Below, piece by piece: positions 39,718-50,751 of a DNA stretch of 64,000 nt. The notes beneath the pieces were generated by a model, which searched no databases, was not told the origin of the DNA, and was given only the letters and a program-made list of their open reading frames with translations. Each line of letters starts with the position of its first letter. Within the stretch, counting starts at the first letter, position 1. Source of the stretch: an uncultured Bacilli bacterium (GTDB lineage Bacteria > Bacillota_I > Bacilli_A > RF39 > UBA660); contig CAKOKU010000002.1 of NCBI GenBank assembly GCA_934095865.1, positions 57,495 to 121,494 of the forward strand, given 5' to 3'. The position numbers were made by a program, and so were the translations under genes.

Positions 39718-40167
39718 TTATAGTTCATTATATGCGGCCTTTTCATAAGATATGATTTTATTTATTCTTCTAAGATGTCTTTCTTCCATACTGGGATCTG
39801 TATTTAAAAAAGCTTCAATAATTTTTAATGCTTCCTCATTAGATAAGTAAGCTGGTAGGGCAATAATATTAGCATGATTATGTTGTCTACTACTGATAGC
39901 GTCATCTATATTATTAACCCGTGCACATCTTATTCCTTGAACTTTATTAGCAGCAATAGATATGCCAACACCTGTACCACATATTAAAATCCCTAAATCA
40001 TTTTCTTTATCCATCTCAGTTGCTATATCAAAAGCAAAATCTGGATAATCATCTTCACTTGAATTCTGTATAGCACTTGGAATAATATTGTAGGTTGGCT
40101 CCAATTCTTTTATTAAGTAATCTTTCATAGAAGTCCCTCTATGATCACAAGCAATATATAATTTCAT
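39718..40167 (-). CDS. rpiB: ribose-5-phosphate isomerase B
   Basis: MKLYIACDHRGTSMK...ILICGTGVGISIAANKVQGIRCA matches RpiB/LacAB. Confidence 0.85.
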   Translation of the reverse strand: MKLYIACDHRGTSMKDYLIKELEPTYNIIPSAIQNSSEDDYPDFAFDIATEMDKENDLGILICGTGVGISIAANKVQGIRCARVNNIDDAISSRQHNHANIIALPAYLSNEEALKIIEAFLNTDPSMEERHLRRINKIISYEKAAYNEL

Positions 40168-40168
40168 A

Positions 40169-40657
40169 TTAATTTTCTTCTTTCTTTATAAATTTATTTT
40201 TTAGACCGTCGTGATGATTTAATATATTAAGCAATTGAAATTCTTGATAATTTGGAAATAAAGATATATCTTTTAAACTTGGGCCATCATTAGTTACAAC
40301 AATATCTATTGATAAATATTTATCATTCATTAAAGTGGTAGCAATTTTAGTTACTAGGCGCTTAGTACGCGGCCATTTAGGAATAGGTAACCACAAAATC
40401 GGCTCTTTGGTTAAAGGATGCTCTTCGTAGACATTTTTATCAAAGTCGTAACCGGGAGAATCAATAAGTCCTGTATCAATATTTATAGAAGCAATTATTT
40501 CATTGGCTGGAATAACTTCAGAATTTACTTTACTTGTTACTAAATAAGATGCAATTATTTCATTATTGAACATAATAAATCTAATAAAGGATAAGTTGTC
40601 AGGATTTAGTCTTTTTATTGACTCCTCTTGTTCAATTACACTCTCAATTATATTCAT
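40169..40657 (-). CDS. hypothetical protein
   Basis: 162 aa, no recognisable motif. 1-bp gap to rpiB (operon). Confidence 0.35.
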   Translation of the reverse strand: MNIIESVIEQEESIKRLNPDNLSFIRFIMFNNEIIASYLVTSKVNSEVIPANEIIASINIDTGLIDSPGYDFDKNVYEEHPLTKEPILWLPIPKWPRTKRLVTKIATTLMNDKYLSIDIVVTNDGPSLKDISLFPNYQEFQLLNILNHHDGLKNKFIKKEEN

Positions 40658-40737
40658 TTTACTTAAATATAGGTCGTTATAAACATTTGTATAATTTTTA
40701 GTATCTATCTTAATTTTTTTAGTATCATTTTGAGCTT

Positions 40738-41151
40738 TTAAGTCATATTTCGCATATATGTATTCTTTATCTCAATAAATTTAGAAAATTCTGTAATGTT
40801 TTCGCCTGTTAGCTCTAACCATTTATAATTTAAAAAAGCATAAAATTTTTTATTAAACTTATGGCGTGTTTTGGTTATTTCAATTAAAGTTTTGCCGTTA
40901 TTTAATTTAATTAGCCTCTTGTTATCTTTTTTAGTTAAAATATTTAATCTTTTTGCCATAGGTATATTATAAATATTAAAAAGCTGATATTCTTCTAAAG
41001 AAATATTGTATTTGAAGGAAGATAAAATAATATCTTTAATCAGGTAACTTCTTGAAAAATTAGTTGATGATTTTAAACTACTTACTGCTTTAAATATATT
41101 TTTGTAAATCATATTTCGCTCCATAGTTTTATTATAACAAAAAAACTGCAC
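40738..41151 (-). CDS. hypothetical protein
   Basis: 137 aa, basic. Confidence 0.3.
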   Translation of the reverse strand: MQFFCYNKTMERNMIYKNIFKAVSSLKSSTNFSRSYLIKDIILSSFKYNISLEEYQLFNIYNIPMAKRLNILTKKDNKRLIKLNNGKTLIEITKTRHKFNKKFYAFLNYKWLELTGENITEFSKFIEIKNTYMRNMT

Positions 41152-41373
41152 TTATGCAGCTTTTGTATCATCTTGATTAAATCCGTATTTACGATTAAAC
41201 TTTTCAACAGAACCAGTCTTTTTAGCACGAGCTTGTGAACCAGTATAGAATGGATGGCAAGCACTGCAAACATCACATTGAATACTATCTTTTATTGACT
41301 TTACTGTGAAAGTATTACCACATGCGCAATGTACTTCTACTTCATGCATTTGTGGATGAATTCCCTTTTTCAT
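41152..41373 (-). CDS. rpmE: 50S ribosomal protein L31
   Basis: MKKGIHPQMHEVEVHCACGNTF...CSACHPFYTG with the Zn-binding CxxC pairs of L31 type A. Confidence 0.9.
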   Translation of the reverse strand: MKKGIHPQMHEVEVHCACGNTFTVKSIKDSIQCDVCSACHPFYTGSQARAKKTGSVEKFNRKYGFNQDDTKAA

Positions 41374-41481
41374 TTTTACTCTCCTTCCGCCATGTTAAAT
41401 TATTAACATAGAAATTTGTTTGTCTTGTATATTATAACATAAGTTTTAGCTTTTGCAATGTATAATTTACTGTTGGTCGAG

Positions 41482-42675
41482 TTACTGGCTATTTTGCTCT
41501 AATAAGGGCAATATACATAAATAAATTGATACGGCAGTTGATGTTAAGACATGACCAGCAATTAAGGAAATAAAAATTAATAAGAAAAATGTAAATTTAT
41601 AACTATTATGAAATTTTATATTTTTTAAACTTGTTATCATTAAAATTATATATACTATTATTCCTAATATACCAATGCTGTAAAAAATATCAAAAATATC
41701 AATTTCAATTAATTTAATTGCAGAAGTCGTTGTAATTCCTAAACCGAATAAATAAGAAATAAAGTTTTGATTAATAAATATATTGTTCATGTTTTGAAAA
41801 AAGGAAAGCCGACCACTAAAAATCAATTTATCTAATGTGTACATAGAAAATAAATTACTAAAATTTATGTTGAAAAAATTAATAGTTGTCATGATGTTTT
41901 GATAAAGTGGGGTAAATGGTAATATTATACAAATACCAATAATAGTTAGAGCAGGAATAAGAAAAATTAGAACCTTTGTTGATTTATGAAAACTGGAAAC
42001 GTTACATTTAATTTCTTTTATAAAATTATATATTAAAGTTAATAAAACGCCTAACATTAATGTTTTCGTACCAATTAAAATAGTAGAAAAGATTAAGGAT
42101 ATAAAATAACTAATTTTAATAAAGATATTTTTCTCTTTTTTTAAAGCACCTAAAGATATTGGAAATAGGCCAACTAATATATTACTTATTTCATTACCAC
42201 CATAGAATAAACCAATAAAACCTTTCTTTTCTTCATAGAAGTCACTAATATAATAACCAAATTTCAAAAAGTAGGGAACTATTATTAAGCTCAGATAGAT
42301 GAAATTCATTAGTAAAATAAACTTGGTATTTATTTTAGAATTTTTAATATTTTGAAAAAACAGCAATAGCACAGGCAAGTAAAATATTTGTAACAAATTA
42401 GCTAATTCTCTAGTTATACTATTAGAAGTAAAAACTAAAGTATATATTATAAATATAAAAGCATAACCCATTAATAAGCATAAATATTTAAAGTTAATTT
42501 TACTTTTTATTAAGTAGAATAGAGCAAAACAAAAAAACAATCCTCTAACTAAAGAAGAAATCGTAATAAAAGAAAGATTATTTTTTAGTTGAATACAAGT
42601 AATAGCGTCCAACCATGGCTGTAAAAAAAGAAAAATTAATACAATGTATTCAAATATTTTAGATTTTTTAGACAT
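41482..42675 (-). CDS. polytopic membrane protein, O-antigen polymerase/ligase (Wzy/WaaL)-like
   Basis: 397 aa, about 10-12 TM helices. Adjacent to glycosyltransferase genes. Confidence 0.45.
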   Translation of the reverse strand: MSKKSKIFEYIVLIFLFLQPWLDAITCIQLKNNLSFITISSLVRGLFFCFALFYLIKSKINFKYLCLLMGYAFIFIIYTLVFTSNSITRELANLLQIFYLPVLLLFFQNIKNSKINTKFILLMNFIYLSLIIVPYFLKFGYYISDFYEEKKGFIGLFYGGNEISNILVGLFPISLGALKKEKNIFIKISYFISLIFSTILIGTKTLMLGVLLTLIYNFIKEIKCNVSSFHKSTKVLIFLIPALTIIGICIILPFTPLYQNIMTTINFFNINFSNLFSMYTLDKLIFSGRLSFFQNMNNIFINQNFISYLFGLGITTTSAIKLIEIDIFDIFYSIGILGIIVYIILMITSLKNIKFHNSYKFTFFLLIFISLIAGHVLTSTAVSIYLCILPLLEQNSQ

Positions 42676-42689
42676 ACTACACCTACTTT

Positions 42690-43166
42690 TTATTTTTCTA
42701 TTAATTCGGATACTAAGGATAACATTTTACTGTTGTCATGGGTAAACTTCTTAGGTTTAAATTTTGGTAGTTTTTTATAGGCTCGTTCTAATTCGGTTAC
42801 ATCTTCAACCCCAATTATATACCCCAATGCAGAAAACTTTGTAACTATTTGTTTTTGATGATCGTTTATATGCTCTTTATATTTAGCTAAGCGGGGAACT
42901 GCAATGACTTTTTTATCATATTTTAAAGCTGTTATGATGCTGCCAACACCACCATGAGTGATGATAACATCAGCAGTTGATAATAATTGATTAAATTTTT
43001 CGCTAGGAATTAAATCAAATACTTCCATATTATTTGAAGAAAATTTAGTATAGCCAGCCTGAGCAATAACTTTATCTTTTATTACTTTTTTTGCAATTAA
43101 CCTGTCAATTTCCACTAATAAACGATGAAAATCTTTATCTTGGGTTCCTAAAGTAACTAATATCAT
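42690..43166 (-). CDS. glycosyltransferase family 28 C-terminal domain protein (Alg13/EpsF/Cps14G-like)
   Basis: MILVTLGTQDKDFHRLL...THGGVGSI... is the typical Alg13-like catalytic half. Confidence 0.65.
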   Translation of the reverse strand: MILVTLGTQDKDFHRLLVEIDRLIAKKVIKDKVIAQAGYTKFSSNNMEVFDLIPSEKFNQLLSTADVIITHGGVGSIITALKYDKKVIAVPRLAKYKEHINDHQKQIVTKFSALGYIIGVEDVTELERAYKKLPKFKPKKFTHDNSKMLSLVSELIEK

Positions 43167-43177
43167 TTAAATCCTTT

Positions 43178-43672
43178 CTAAAATATCCAACCACCATAGA
43201 TGGCCTTAGGATAAACTTTTAACATTTCTTCCCATTGAACTATAAAGTAATCAGCAAATTTATAAATAAGTCGTCCAGCTCTAGTTGGACTTGTTATATT
43301 AGCAATGGTTTCTATAAAAATTATTTTTTTATGAAATATTTTACCTAAGCAGCATATGGGACCGACATTGTGAGAACCTGTTGTAACTATAACATCAGGA
43401 TTAATTTTTATAAGTAAAAATAGTGAAATAAAACAATTTAAAAGTAACTTAAAAGGATATATTAACTTAGCTTTGAAATTAGTATATGTCCCACTGATAA
43501 TGAAATGTACTCGCTTTGGATATTTTTGACGGAGAGAAATATTACTTTTAGTTTTCTCGGTAACTATAAAATAATCATATTTCTCAAATAGAGGGGATAG
43601 TTGCAACAATTCATTTAAATGCCCACCTGTACTAGCAATAAACATAACTCTTTTTTTTCGTTTTTCCTTCAT
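43178..43672 (-). CDS. Alg14-like oligosaccharide biosynthesis protein (Cps14F-like membrane-associated partner)
   Basis: MFIASTGGHLNELLQL...; paired with the downstream Alg13-like gene as in cps14FG. Confidence 0.6.
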   Translation of the reverse strand: MKEKRKKRVMFIASTGGHLNELLQLSPLFEKYDYFIVTEKTKSNISLRQKYPKRVHFIISGTYTNFKAKLIYPFKLLLNCFISLFLLIKINPDVIVTTGSHNVGPICCLGKIFHKKIIFIETIANITSPTRAGRLIYKFADYFIVQWEEMLKVYPKAIYGGWIF

Positions 43673-43745
43673 AACAAATCCCTCATTTTAAAAAAATAAT
43701 TCTCTTTAATTATACTATATTTTTTAATAATTAAAAAAAATATTA

Positions 43746-44342
43746 TTAGTTTTCTACTTTCCATGTAGACATAATAATATTTTGTAATTTTTGCGCGATG
43801 ATTTTATGGTCTTCTTCACTAAGCTGATAATTATAAACCATTCTTTTATTTAGAAGACTTGGTGTATTAAAAAATTCTATTTTATATTTTTTGGCTAAAT
43901 CTTCTAGTAAGTACGATGATGACATATTAACTGGACTTATAAAAATAATTTGTTTAGAATTATATTTACGCAATGTTATAAACAATTTTTGTAATTCATT
44001 ATAAATATTAATGGTAGCATTTTTTTCATATAATACTTCGAAATCACCTAAATACACTAAAATAATATTCGAAGAATCTAGTTTTTCTTGAATATTATCA
44101 ACGTTATCTTGAATTTTATCAACTACATTTTCAATTTCAAAATTTTCACGATGAAAGGTATAATAGGATGTTGGTATTGACATATTCAGACTTTGGTTCA
44201 AATGAACATTATAGCTTTCTTTAATAGTAGTAGAGTCATCATAGATGGAAGTTATGGTTAAATATTGTCTGTTATTAGCGGTAAAAATAAGATAAGTTAA
44301 TATGCAAGCACCAATTGTTAAGAAGAACAGTTTTATTTTCAT
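43746..44342 (-). CDS. hypothetical secreted/membrane-anchored protein
   Basis: 198 aa with N-terminal TM/signal. Confidence 0.35.
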   Translation of the reverse strand: MKIKLFFLTIGACILTYLIFTANNRQYLTITSIYDDSTTIKESYNVHLNQSLNMSIPTSYYTFHRENFEIENVVDKIQDNVDNIQEKLDSSNIILVYLGDFEVLYEKNATINIYNELQKLFITLRKYNSKQIIFISPVNMSSSYLLEDLAKKYKIEFFNTPSLLNKRMVYNYQLSEEDHKIIAQKLQNIIMSTWKVEN

Positions 44343-44363
44343 AAGTCCTCGCTTATTAAATAT

Positions 44364-45614
44364 TTATTCTTCTATTTTTATTTTAGCACCAACCTTGGAT
44401 AATTTTATATTTATATTTTCGTAACCTCTAAGAATATGCTCTGCTTTTGAAATAGTTGTAGTTCCCTTGGCAATTAAAGCGGCTAAAGTTAAAGCGGCGC
44501 CAGCTCGTAAGTCACTAGCTTCGACATCAGCACCATATAATTTTGTAGGACCTGTTATAAAAGCTTTTGTCGATGTATTAGCTATATTAGCGCCCATTTT
44601 GTTTAGGTAATCTATATGACCCATACGAGTTTCATATATTGTCTCATTAAATGTAGATATTCCTGTTGCTTGAGTTAATAAAGTCTGCATCGGTTGACCT
44701 AAGTCTGTAACAAAATTTGGGTACACACCGGATGTTATATTTATAGCTTTTATCTTATCTTGTCTTGAGATTATAATTGAATTTTCTTCCAAAATATAAT
44801 TAACACCCATATTTTTTAAATTTACTAAAAGACTCTCTAAATGTTTTGGCTCTATTTTGTCTATAACAAGATTATCTCCTGCTAGAGCGCCCGCTATTAT
44901 ATAAGTACCAGCTTCAATACGGTCAGGAATAGTTGTAACTAAACCTTTTTTTAGATTATTAACGCCAACTATGGTTATCTCATCTGTACCTGCACCTTTT
45001 ATCTTAGCTCCCATACTATTTAAAAACTCAGCAACATTTTCAATTTCAGGCTCTTTAGCAGCATTTATTATATGAGTAGTGCCACTGGCTTTAACAGCTG
45101 CTAGCATGACATTTATAGTAGCTCCAACAGAAGGAAAATCAAATTTTATATCATTGCCAACTAATTTATCTGCTGAAATGATATATTTATCTCCAGTTAT
45201 TTCGACGGTAGCGCCAAGGGCTTCAAAACCTTTAATATGATAATCTATTGGTCTTTTTCCTATTTTACAACCACCAGGGAAATACATTTCAACATGATGA
45301 TATTTAGCAAGTAAGGCTCCCATAAAATAATATGAAGCTCGTAATTTTTTAGCTAAACTTTCTTCTATTACTTTATTTTTTATGTTATGAGTATCAATTC
45401 TTAAAATATTATTTTGATATCTATAATTAGCATTTAAAGTAGTAAGTATTTCTAAAAGAGCTCTAGTATCTGTTATATCAGGAACATTATCTATTTCAGC
45501 TTCATCATCACAAAGAATAGCAGCAGGAATTAAGGCAACAACACTGTTTTTAGCACCACTTATTTCTATGGTGCCACTTAATTTACTAGGTCCTTCAATT
45601 ATTAATTTTGTCAT
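44364..45614 (-). CDS. murA: UDP-N-acetylglucosamine 1-carboxyvinyltransferase
   Basis: MTKLIIEGPSKLSGTIEISGAKNS N-terminus; full-length EPT-fold; active-site Cys region ...PGGCKIG. Confidence 0.9.
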   Translation of the reverse strand: MTKLIIEGPSKLSGTIEISGAKNSVVALIPAAILCDDEAEIDNVPDITDTRALLEILTTLNANYRYQNNILRIDTHNIKNKVIEESLAKKLRASYYFMGALLAKYHHVEMYFPGGCKIGKRPIDYHIKGFEALGATVEITGDKYIISADKLVGNDIKFDFPSVGATINVMLAAVKASGTTHIINAAKEPEIENVAEFLNSMGAKIKGAGTDEITIVGVNNLKKGLVTTIPDRIEAGTYIIAGALAGDNLVIDKIEPKHLESLLVNLKNMGVNYILEENSIIISRQDKIKAINITSGVYPNFVTDLGQPMQTLLTQATGISTFNETIYETRMGHIDYLNKMGANIANTSTKAFITGPTKLYGADVEASDLRAGAALTLAALIAKGTTTISKAEHILRGYENINIKLSKVGAKIKIEE

Positions 45615-45754
45615 TATTTTGCACCCCATAACTAACTATTAATAACTATATCTAATTTATGATATGAAGTCAATTGAAACAACACAAGGTCTCTTTTTTC
45701 TACATAAATTTTATTCTTAAGATATAAGAAATTAAAAAAAATAATGGCTTATTT

Positions 45755-46261
45755 CTAGTCATTATTAGTATATTTCATAAGTGTTTCTTTAATAAATGAT
45801 TTATATTCAACATCATTCATATTGTTATTATCAATAAGACATAAAGGAGGGTACATAATACACCAAAAATTTTCTCCTTGCCCTTGACCTAAAGTTATTA
45901 CTAAGGAATTATAGTATCCAGGTTTATAAGTCACTCCTTTGTATTTTTTCATAGGAAAATAATTTTGACCATACGAAATTGTATAAGCTACGTTGTGACT
46001 ATTTAAAATTTGCTTTATATAAGGGATGCTTTCGCTTATAGAGGCATCAATATTACTAGTATTAGTAAATTTAGGCATAACTTGCTTTAGAATATCTTCT
46101 TTGATGTATTGCTTTGTTAATTGATCACTAACCGAATTAGAAGAAGCAATTATTCGGAATCTAATGGCATTGTTTGGAATTATAACCTCTTCTTTAGCGG
46201 TTGTTAGATAAAGTAAGGATACGATTGCTAATAAAACTATTATCTTTTTTATAAAAATCAC
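45755..46261 (-). CDS. spoIIR: SpoIIR-like protein (stage II sporulation protein R)
   Basis: Signal peptide; IRFRIIASSNSVSDQLTKQYIKEDILKQV matches the conserved IRLHV(I/L)ANSDS..DQ.LK..VRD motif of SpoIIR. Confidence 0.6.
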   Translation of the reverse strand: MIFIKKIIVLLAIVSLLYLTTAKEEVIIPNNAIRFRIIASSNSVSDQLTKQYIKEDILKQVMPKFTNTSNIDASISESIPYIKQILNSHNVAYTISYGQNYFPMKKYKGVTYKPGYYNSLVITLGQGQGENFWCIMYPPLCLIDNNNMNDVEYKSFIKETLMKYTNND

Positions 46262-46307
46262 CCAATTTAATATTGAGTGATATTTTTAAATTTTATTCTT
46301 TTTCTTT

Positions 46308-47039
46308 TTATTTATTGATAATAAATAAGTAACGGTCACGATTACTAAGGTCTTTTTTTACATAAATAGTAGCTTTAGGATATAAATTACGAGCTATGTT
46401 TGTTATTTCTTGACCTTGAGTAGCACCTATTTCAAAAGCAATTATACTTTGCGTAGCTAAAAATTCCTTGCTACGTTTTAAAATAACTTCATAAAATTCT
46501 AGACCATTATTACTGGCAAATAGGGCATTTTGAGGTTCATATTTAGTTGCCTCATCTACTTCTTCATCGTATCTAACATATGGGGGATTGCTAACTAATA
46601 AATTATATTTTTTCTTTATTTCACAGGTTTTAATATCTCCAAGTTGAAAATTTACATCAGCTTGATTTAAGGCAGCATTATTACTGGCAACTTCAATTGC
46701 TCCTTTAGATATATCAATAGTATCTACTGTGGTATTGAGTTCTTTAGCAAGAGAAATAGCAATACAGCCACTACCGGTTCCAACTTCTAAAATATGCAAA
46801 TTTTTTATAGGCTTAACCAATTTTATTATTTCATCAACTAAACCTTCAGTTTCATAACGAGGAATAAGAACTCGTGGATCTACATTTATTTTATAACCAT
46901 AAAAATCAACGTATCCAATTAAATATTGAATTGGATAATTATTATTTATTTTCTGAATTATTTCTTCCAAATTATCTGGATATATTTTTTTTAACAATTC
47001 ATAATCATTTTGACTTATAAATCTTTCTTGTATTTTCAT
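46308..47039 (-). CDS. prmC: release factor glutamine methyltransferase (HemK/PrmC)
   Basis: VGTGSGCIAI (SAM-binding) and VSNPPYV (NPPY) motifs. Immediately downstream of prfA. Confidence 0.85.
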   Translation of the reverse strand: MKIQERFISQNDYELLKKIYPDNLEEIIQKINNNYPIQYLIGYVDFYGYKINVDPRVLIPRYETEGLVDEIIKLVKPIKNLHILEVGTGSGCIAISLAKELNTTVDTIDISKGAIEVASNNAALNQADVNFQLGDIKTCEIKKKYNLLVSNPPYVRYDEEVDEATKYEPQNALFASNNGLEFYEVILKRSKEFLATQSIIAFEIGATQGQEITNIARNLYPKATIYVKKDLSNRDRYLFIINK

Positions 47040-48091
47040 TATTCTCCCATTAATTTTAATCTTTGATCTTCTGTTATTAATGCCTCGATTATTGGGTCAA
47101 TATTGCCTTCCATGACACGATCTAATTCCATAATTGAGAAATTTATACGATGGTCAGTAACACGATTTTGAGGATAATTATAAGTTCTTATTTTTTCAGA
47201 GCGATCACCGGTACCGATTTTTTTACGGGATTCACCAACTTGGGATTCTTTTTCAGCAACAGCCATATCATGAAGTTTGGCTGCTAACATTTTCATAGCT
47301 TTTTCTTTATTCTTTAACTGAGATCTTTCTACCTGGCAAGTTACGATTGTATTTGTAGGTATATGAGTGATACGTACAGCTGAGTTAGATGTATTTACCG
47401 ATTGACCACCAGCACCACTAGAATGGTAAACATCTATTTTTAAATCACTTTCTTTAATTTCAACATCATTGATATTTACCTCTGGCATAACTAAAACCGT
47501 TGCAGTTGAGGTATGAACACGGCCACCAGCTTCAGTTACAGGTACTCTTTGTACACGATGCGATCCGCTTTCAAATTTTAATTTAGAATAAACATTTTCA
47601 CCACGAATCATAAATTCTATTTGAGAAAAACCACCAGCAGAGCCTTCTAGTTCATGCAAAACTTCAATTTTCCAATTGTTTTTTTCAGCATAGCGAGTAT
47701 ACATACGGTATAAATCACCAGCAAAGATATTTGCTTCATCACCACCGGCAGCGCCACGAATTTCCATAATAATATTTTTATCATCGTTAGGATCTTTAGG
47801 AATTAATAGTAGTTGAAGCTCTTTTTCTAAACGCTCTTTATCCTCTTGAGCTTGAGTTATTTCTTCTTCGGCTAAATCACGCATTTCTGGGTCATTTAAC
47901 ATTTGCTTTGCTTCTTCAATCGTTGTATCACATTTTAAATATTCACGGTATTTTAAAACAATTTCTTCTAAATCAGCTTTTTCTTTGGATAGTTTACGTA
48001 ATAAGTTATAGTCTTGTAAAACTTCACTTTTAGTTAGTTCTTCTAATAATTCTTCGTATTTTGCAGTAATATTTTGTAATCTTTCTTTCAT
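47039..48091 (-). CDS. prfA: peptide chain release factor 1
   Basis: [19 protein letters not shown] (GGQ motif); RF1-type domain. Start at MKERLQNI. Confidence 0.9.
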   Translation of the reverse strand: MKERLQNITAKYEELLEELTKSEVLQDYNLLRKLSKEKADLEEIVLKYREYLKCDTTIEEAKQMLNDPEMRDLAEEEITQAQEDKERLEKELQLLLIPKDPNDDKNIIMEIRGAAGGDEANIFAGDLYRMYTRYAEKNNWKIEVLHELEGSAGGFSQIEFMIRGENVYSKLKFESGSHRVQRVPVTEAGGRVHTSTATVLVMPEVNINDVEIKESDLKIDVYHSSGAGGQSVNTSNSAVRITHIPTNTIVTCQVERSQLKNKEKAMKMLAAKLHDMAVAEKESQVGESRKKIGTGDRSEKIRTYNYPQNRVTDHRINFSIMELDRVMEGNIDPIIEALITEDQRLKLMGE

Positions 48092-48167
48092 AAAGTTTCC
48101 TTTCAAATCAATTTAATTATATAAATTTTAATGAAAAAAAGCAAATTTTCATTGCTCTTTTTGACTA

Positions 48168-48611
48168 TTAATCTAAATTAGCATTTTCTTCATCAGAATC
48201 GTCAGAGACAACTACTAAGCCTTGAAGGTCATCATCATTGTCATCTTCTGGTTCATCTTCATCATAGTAGACATTATTTGAATCTTCTTCAGCTTCATCT
48301 TCTTCTGGTTCTTCGTTATCAGACTCAATATCATCTTCTTCATCTTCAATTATTATTTTAGCTTGATGACGGCTCTTTAAATCCCAAAAACCTTTTTCTA
48401 ACATCATAAAGCGTTGATCGGTAGATAATACTTGAAAGAAATCAGCTATTTTTGCTTCATATTCACTATCACTAAGACCTAATAAATCACATATTTGTTT
48501 GAATAAATCAGTTATTTTTATTTTTTCTCCTGAGTTTTCTAAAATCATATAGGCGATATCGTCATAACTTTTTGATTCTAGTTCTTCTTTGGATAAATCA
48601 GTTATTTTCAT
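48168..48611 (-). CDS. rpoE: DNA-directed RNA polymerase delta subunit
   Basis: N-terminal HARE-HTH-like domain followed by a long poly-acidic (D/E) C-terminal tail. Typical Firmicutes/Mollicutes RpoE. Confidence 0.7.
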   Translation of the reverse strand: MKITDLSKEELESKSYDDIAYMILENSGEKIKITDLFKQICDLLGLSDSEYEAKIADFFQVLSTDQRFMMLEKGFWDLKSRHQAKIIIEDEEDDIESDNEEPEEDEAEEDSNNVYYDEDEPEDDNDDDLQGLVVVSDDSDEENANLD

Positions 48612-48622
48612 ATATATTCCTC

Positions 48623-50374
48623 CTACATTTTATTGGGTATTTCTATACCTAGTATATTCAATAATTTAATATTATTCTCATAAATTATTTTGGTCAATAC
48701 TAACCATGATTCTTTCTTATTTATATCTCCCTCAATTAGGACCTTATTTGAAGAATAAAAGTTATTATAAAGATTAGTAATTTTATATAAATAATCAGTT
48801 ATATCATTTAATGATTTACTAGTAAACGATTTTATTATAGTACTTCTTAACGTCGTTGTTAGTAATATTATTTCTTTTTCTATTGGTGTTGTAACTTGAT
48901 GGTATTTGCTATATTTTATCCCAGCTTCTTGAGCTTTAGTTAAAAGTGATTTCATTCTAATTGTTGAGTAAAGTAGGTAAGGACCCGTTTTTCCTTGTAA
49001 ATCGCTAAATTTTACTGGGTCAAAATTATAATCTTTGCCGCGGAAAGGAATTAAGTCTGCATATTTTACAGTAGCTATTCCTACTGTTTCCGCAATTTGT
49101 TTTCTTTCTTCGCCAACTATACTTGGCATAATTTTCTTTTCACACTCAGAAACCACCATATCAAGTAATTCTTCTAGGGCCATGACGCCACCATCTCTAG
49201 TTTTAAATGGTGTACCATCGCTGCCATTCATAGTTCCAAATGGAATAAATTCTAATTTTGTTTCAGGCTTAACCATTTCAGATTTTCTGGCAGCTCTAAA
49301 AACTTGTTCAAAGTGAAGAGCTTGACGATTATCAGCTAAGTACCATATTTCATCTGGATTCCATATTTTCATACGTTCCCAAATACAAGCTAAATCTGTT
49401 GTTTCATAAGAAGCTGTTCCATTACTTTTAACTAGTAATAGTGGGGGAATTTCATGGTCGTCATCTTCTTTGTTAACAAATATTACTTTCGCACCATCAG
49501 AATCCTTGACAACGCCTCTATTAAATAGGTACTCATTCATTTCTGGAATATAACGATTACCATCACTTTCACCTTCTAAAATATCAAAAGTAGTATTTAA
49601 CCTTTTATAAACTCTTGTAATATCTGTTTTAGAAATATTCATGATTGCGTGCCATAAAGCAGTGTATCCTGGTTCGCCATCCTGAAATTTGGCAGTTATT
49701 AGACGTGCTTCTTCTAAGTAAGCAGCATCTTCTTTAGCCTTTGTACTTGCTAATGGATAGATTTTGATTAAGTCATTATTATCTATTGGTAAGGTTTTAG
49801 GATATTCTCCTTGAAATTTTTCATCAAAAAATGGCAATGTAGGATAGCGTTTTTTAATTTCTAACATTACTAACCCAATTGGACGGCCCCAATCGCCAAA
49901 ATGCGCATCGCTATAAGTTTTATAGCCAAGAGCTGAGGCTAGTCTTTTTAGGGCTTCGCCTATATTAGCGGAGCGCAAATGACCAACATGTAGGGCTTTA
50001 GCTACATTAGCACCGCCATAATCAAAGAAAATAGTCTTTTTAGCATTATTATAATAATTCCACTCAATATTAGAATTTAGGCGATTAAAATAATCAACTA
50101 AGCTTTGACTTTTAAAAGAAAAGTTAATAAATCCGGGACCTGCTACATTAACATTTTCATATCTATCATCCTTAGTTAAAGCTTCTATTATATTGTTAGC
50201 TATTTCTCTTGGATTTTGATGATAAATACTTGCTAACTGCATAGCGCCATTGTATTGATAGTCGCCCAACTCTTTTCGTGAAGATGGATTTAATACTACA
50301 TCATCAACTTCATAACCACATTTTTTTAAAATATGTTGCCAATATTGTTGTTCTTCTTCTATAAAACTCATCAT
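48623..50374 (-). CDS. argS: arginine--tRNA ligase
   Basis: 583 aa; HVGHLRS (HIGH motif); class I aaRS with anticodon-binding DALR-type C-terminus. Confidence 0.9.
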   Translation of the reverse strand: MMSFIEEEQQYWQHILKKCGYEVDDVVLNPSSRKELGDYQYNGAMQLASIYHQNPREIANNIIEALTKDDRYENVNVAGPGFINFSFKSQSLVDYFNRLNSNIEWNYYNNAKKTIFFDYGGANVAKALHVGHLRSANIGEALKRLASALGYKTYSDAHFGDWGRPIGLVMLEIKKRYPTLPFFDEKFQGEYPKTLPIDNNDLIKIYPLASTKAKEDAAYLEEARLITAKFQDGEPGYTALWHAIMNISKTDITRVYKRLNTTFDILEGESDGNRYIPEMNEYLFNRGVVKDSDGAKVIFVNKEDDDHEIPPLLLVKSNGTASYETTDLACIWERMKIWNPDEIWYLADNRQALHFEQVFRAARKSEMVKPETKLEFIPFGTMNGSDGTPFKTRDGGVMALEELLDMVVSECEKKIMPSIVGEERKQIAETVGIATVKYADLIPFRGKDYNFDPVKFSDLQGKTGPYLLYSTIRMKSLLTKAQEAGIKYSKYHQVTTPIEKEIILLTTTLRSTIIKSFTSKSLNDITDYLYKITNLYNNFYSSNKVLIEGDINKKESWLVLTKIIYENNIKLLNILGIEIPNKM

Positions 50375-50394
50375 AAGACCGCTCCTTTTTTAGC

Positions 50395-50751
50395 TTATAA
50401 TTTTATCTCGATTTTAGTAAAAGCATCATCGGTTTCTAATTGATAATATATTTCTAGAAAATCATCGGTAAAACTAAATTCAGCACTATCAACCATAATA
50501 TCTACATAACAATCAAGTTCTTTTAATAAGTATTCGCAAGTATGTTGACCATTTTTATTTATTGTTAACTTTAAGTTATACTCTTGATTATCTCTAACTA
50601 AAACGAGTTGCTCTTCACCAATTAAAATACTATTTTGAACATCATCTAAAATAAACTTATATCTGTTATCTGAAAGATTATAATTTACTTCTTTTTGATT
50701 TAAACATAAGTCATTATTTTTATAAAGTTTTATACTTAACGAATTATTCAA
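50395..50751 (-). CDS. DUF1934-family protein (YwiB-like)
   Basis: 118 aa. Conserved position immediately upstream of argS, as with B. subtilis ywiB. Confidence 0.5.
   Translation of the reverse strand: MNNSLSIKLYKNNDLCLNQKEVNYNLSDNRYKFILDDVQNSILIGEEQLVLVRDNQEYNLKLTINKNGQHTCEYLLKELDCYVDIMVDSAEFSFTDDFLEIYYQLETDDAFTKIEIKL

Noticed and set aside
39546-39746. 66-aa two-TM ORF overlapping the rpiB start
   Set aside because: Overlaps rpiB by about 29 nt in another frame. Could be a real small membrane protein from an internal start, but support is too weak to call.
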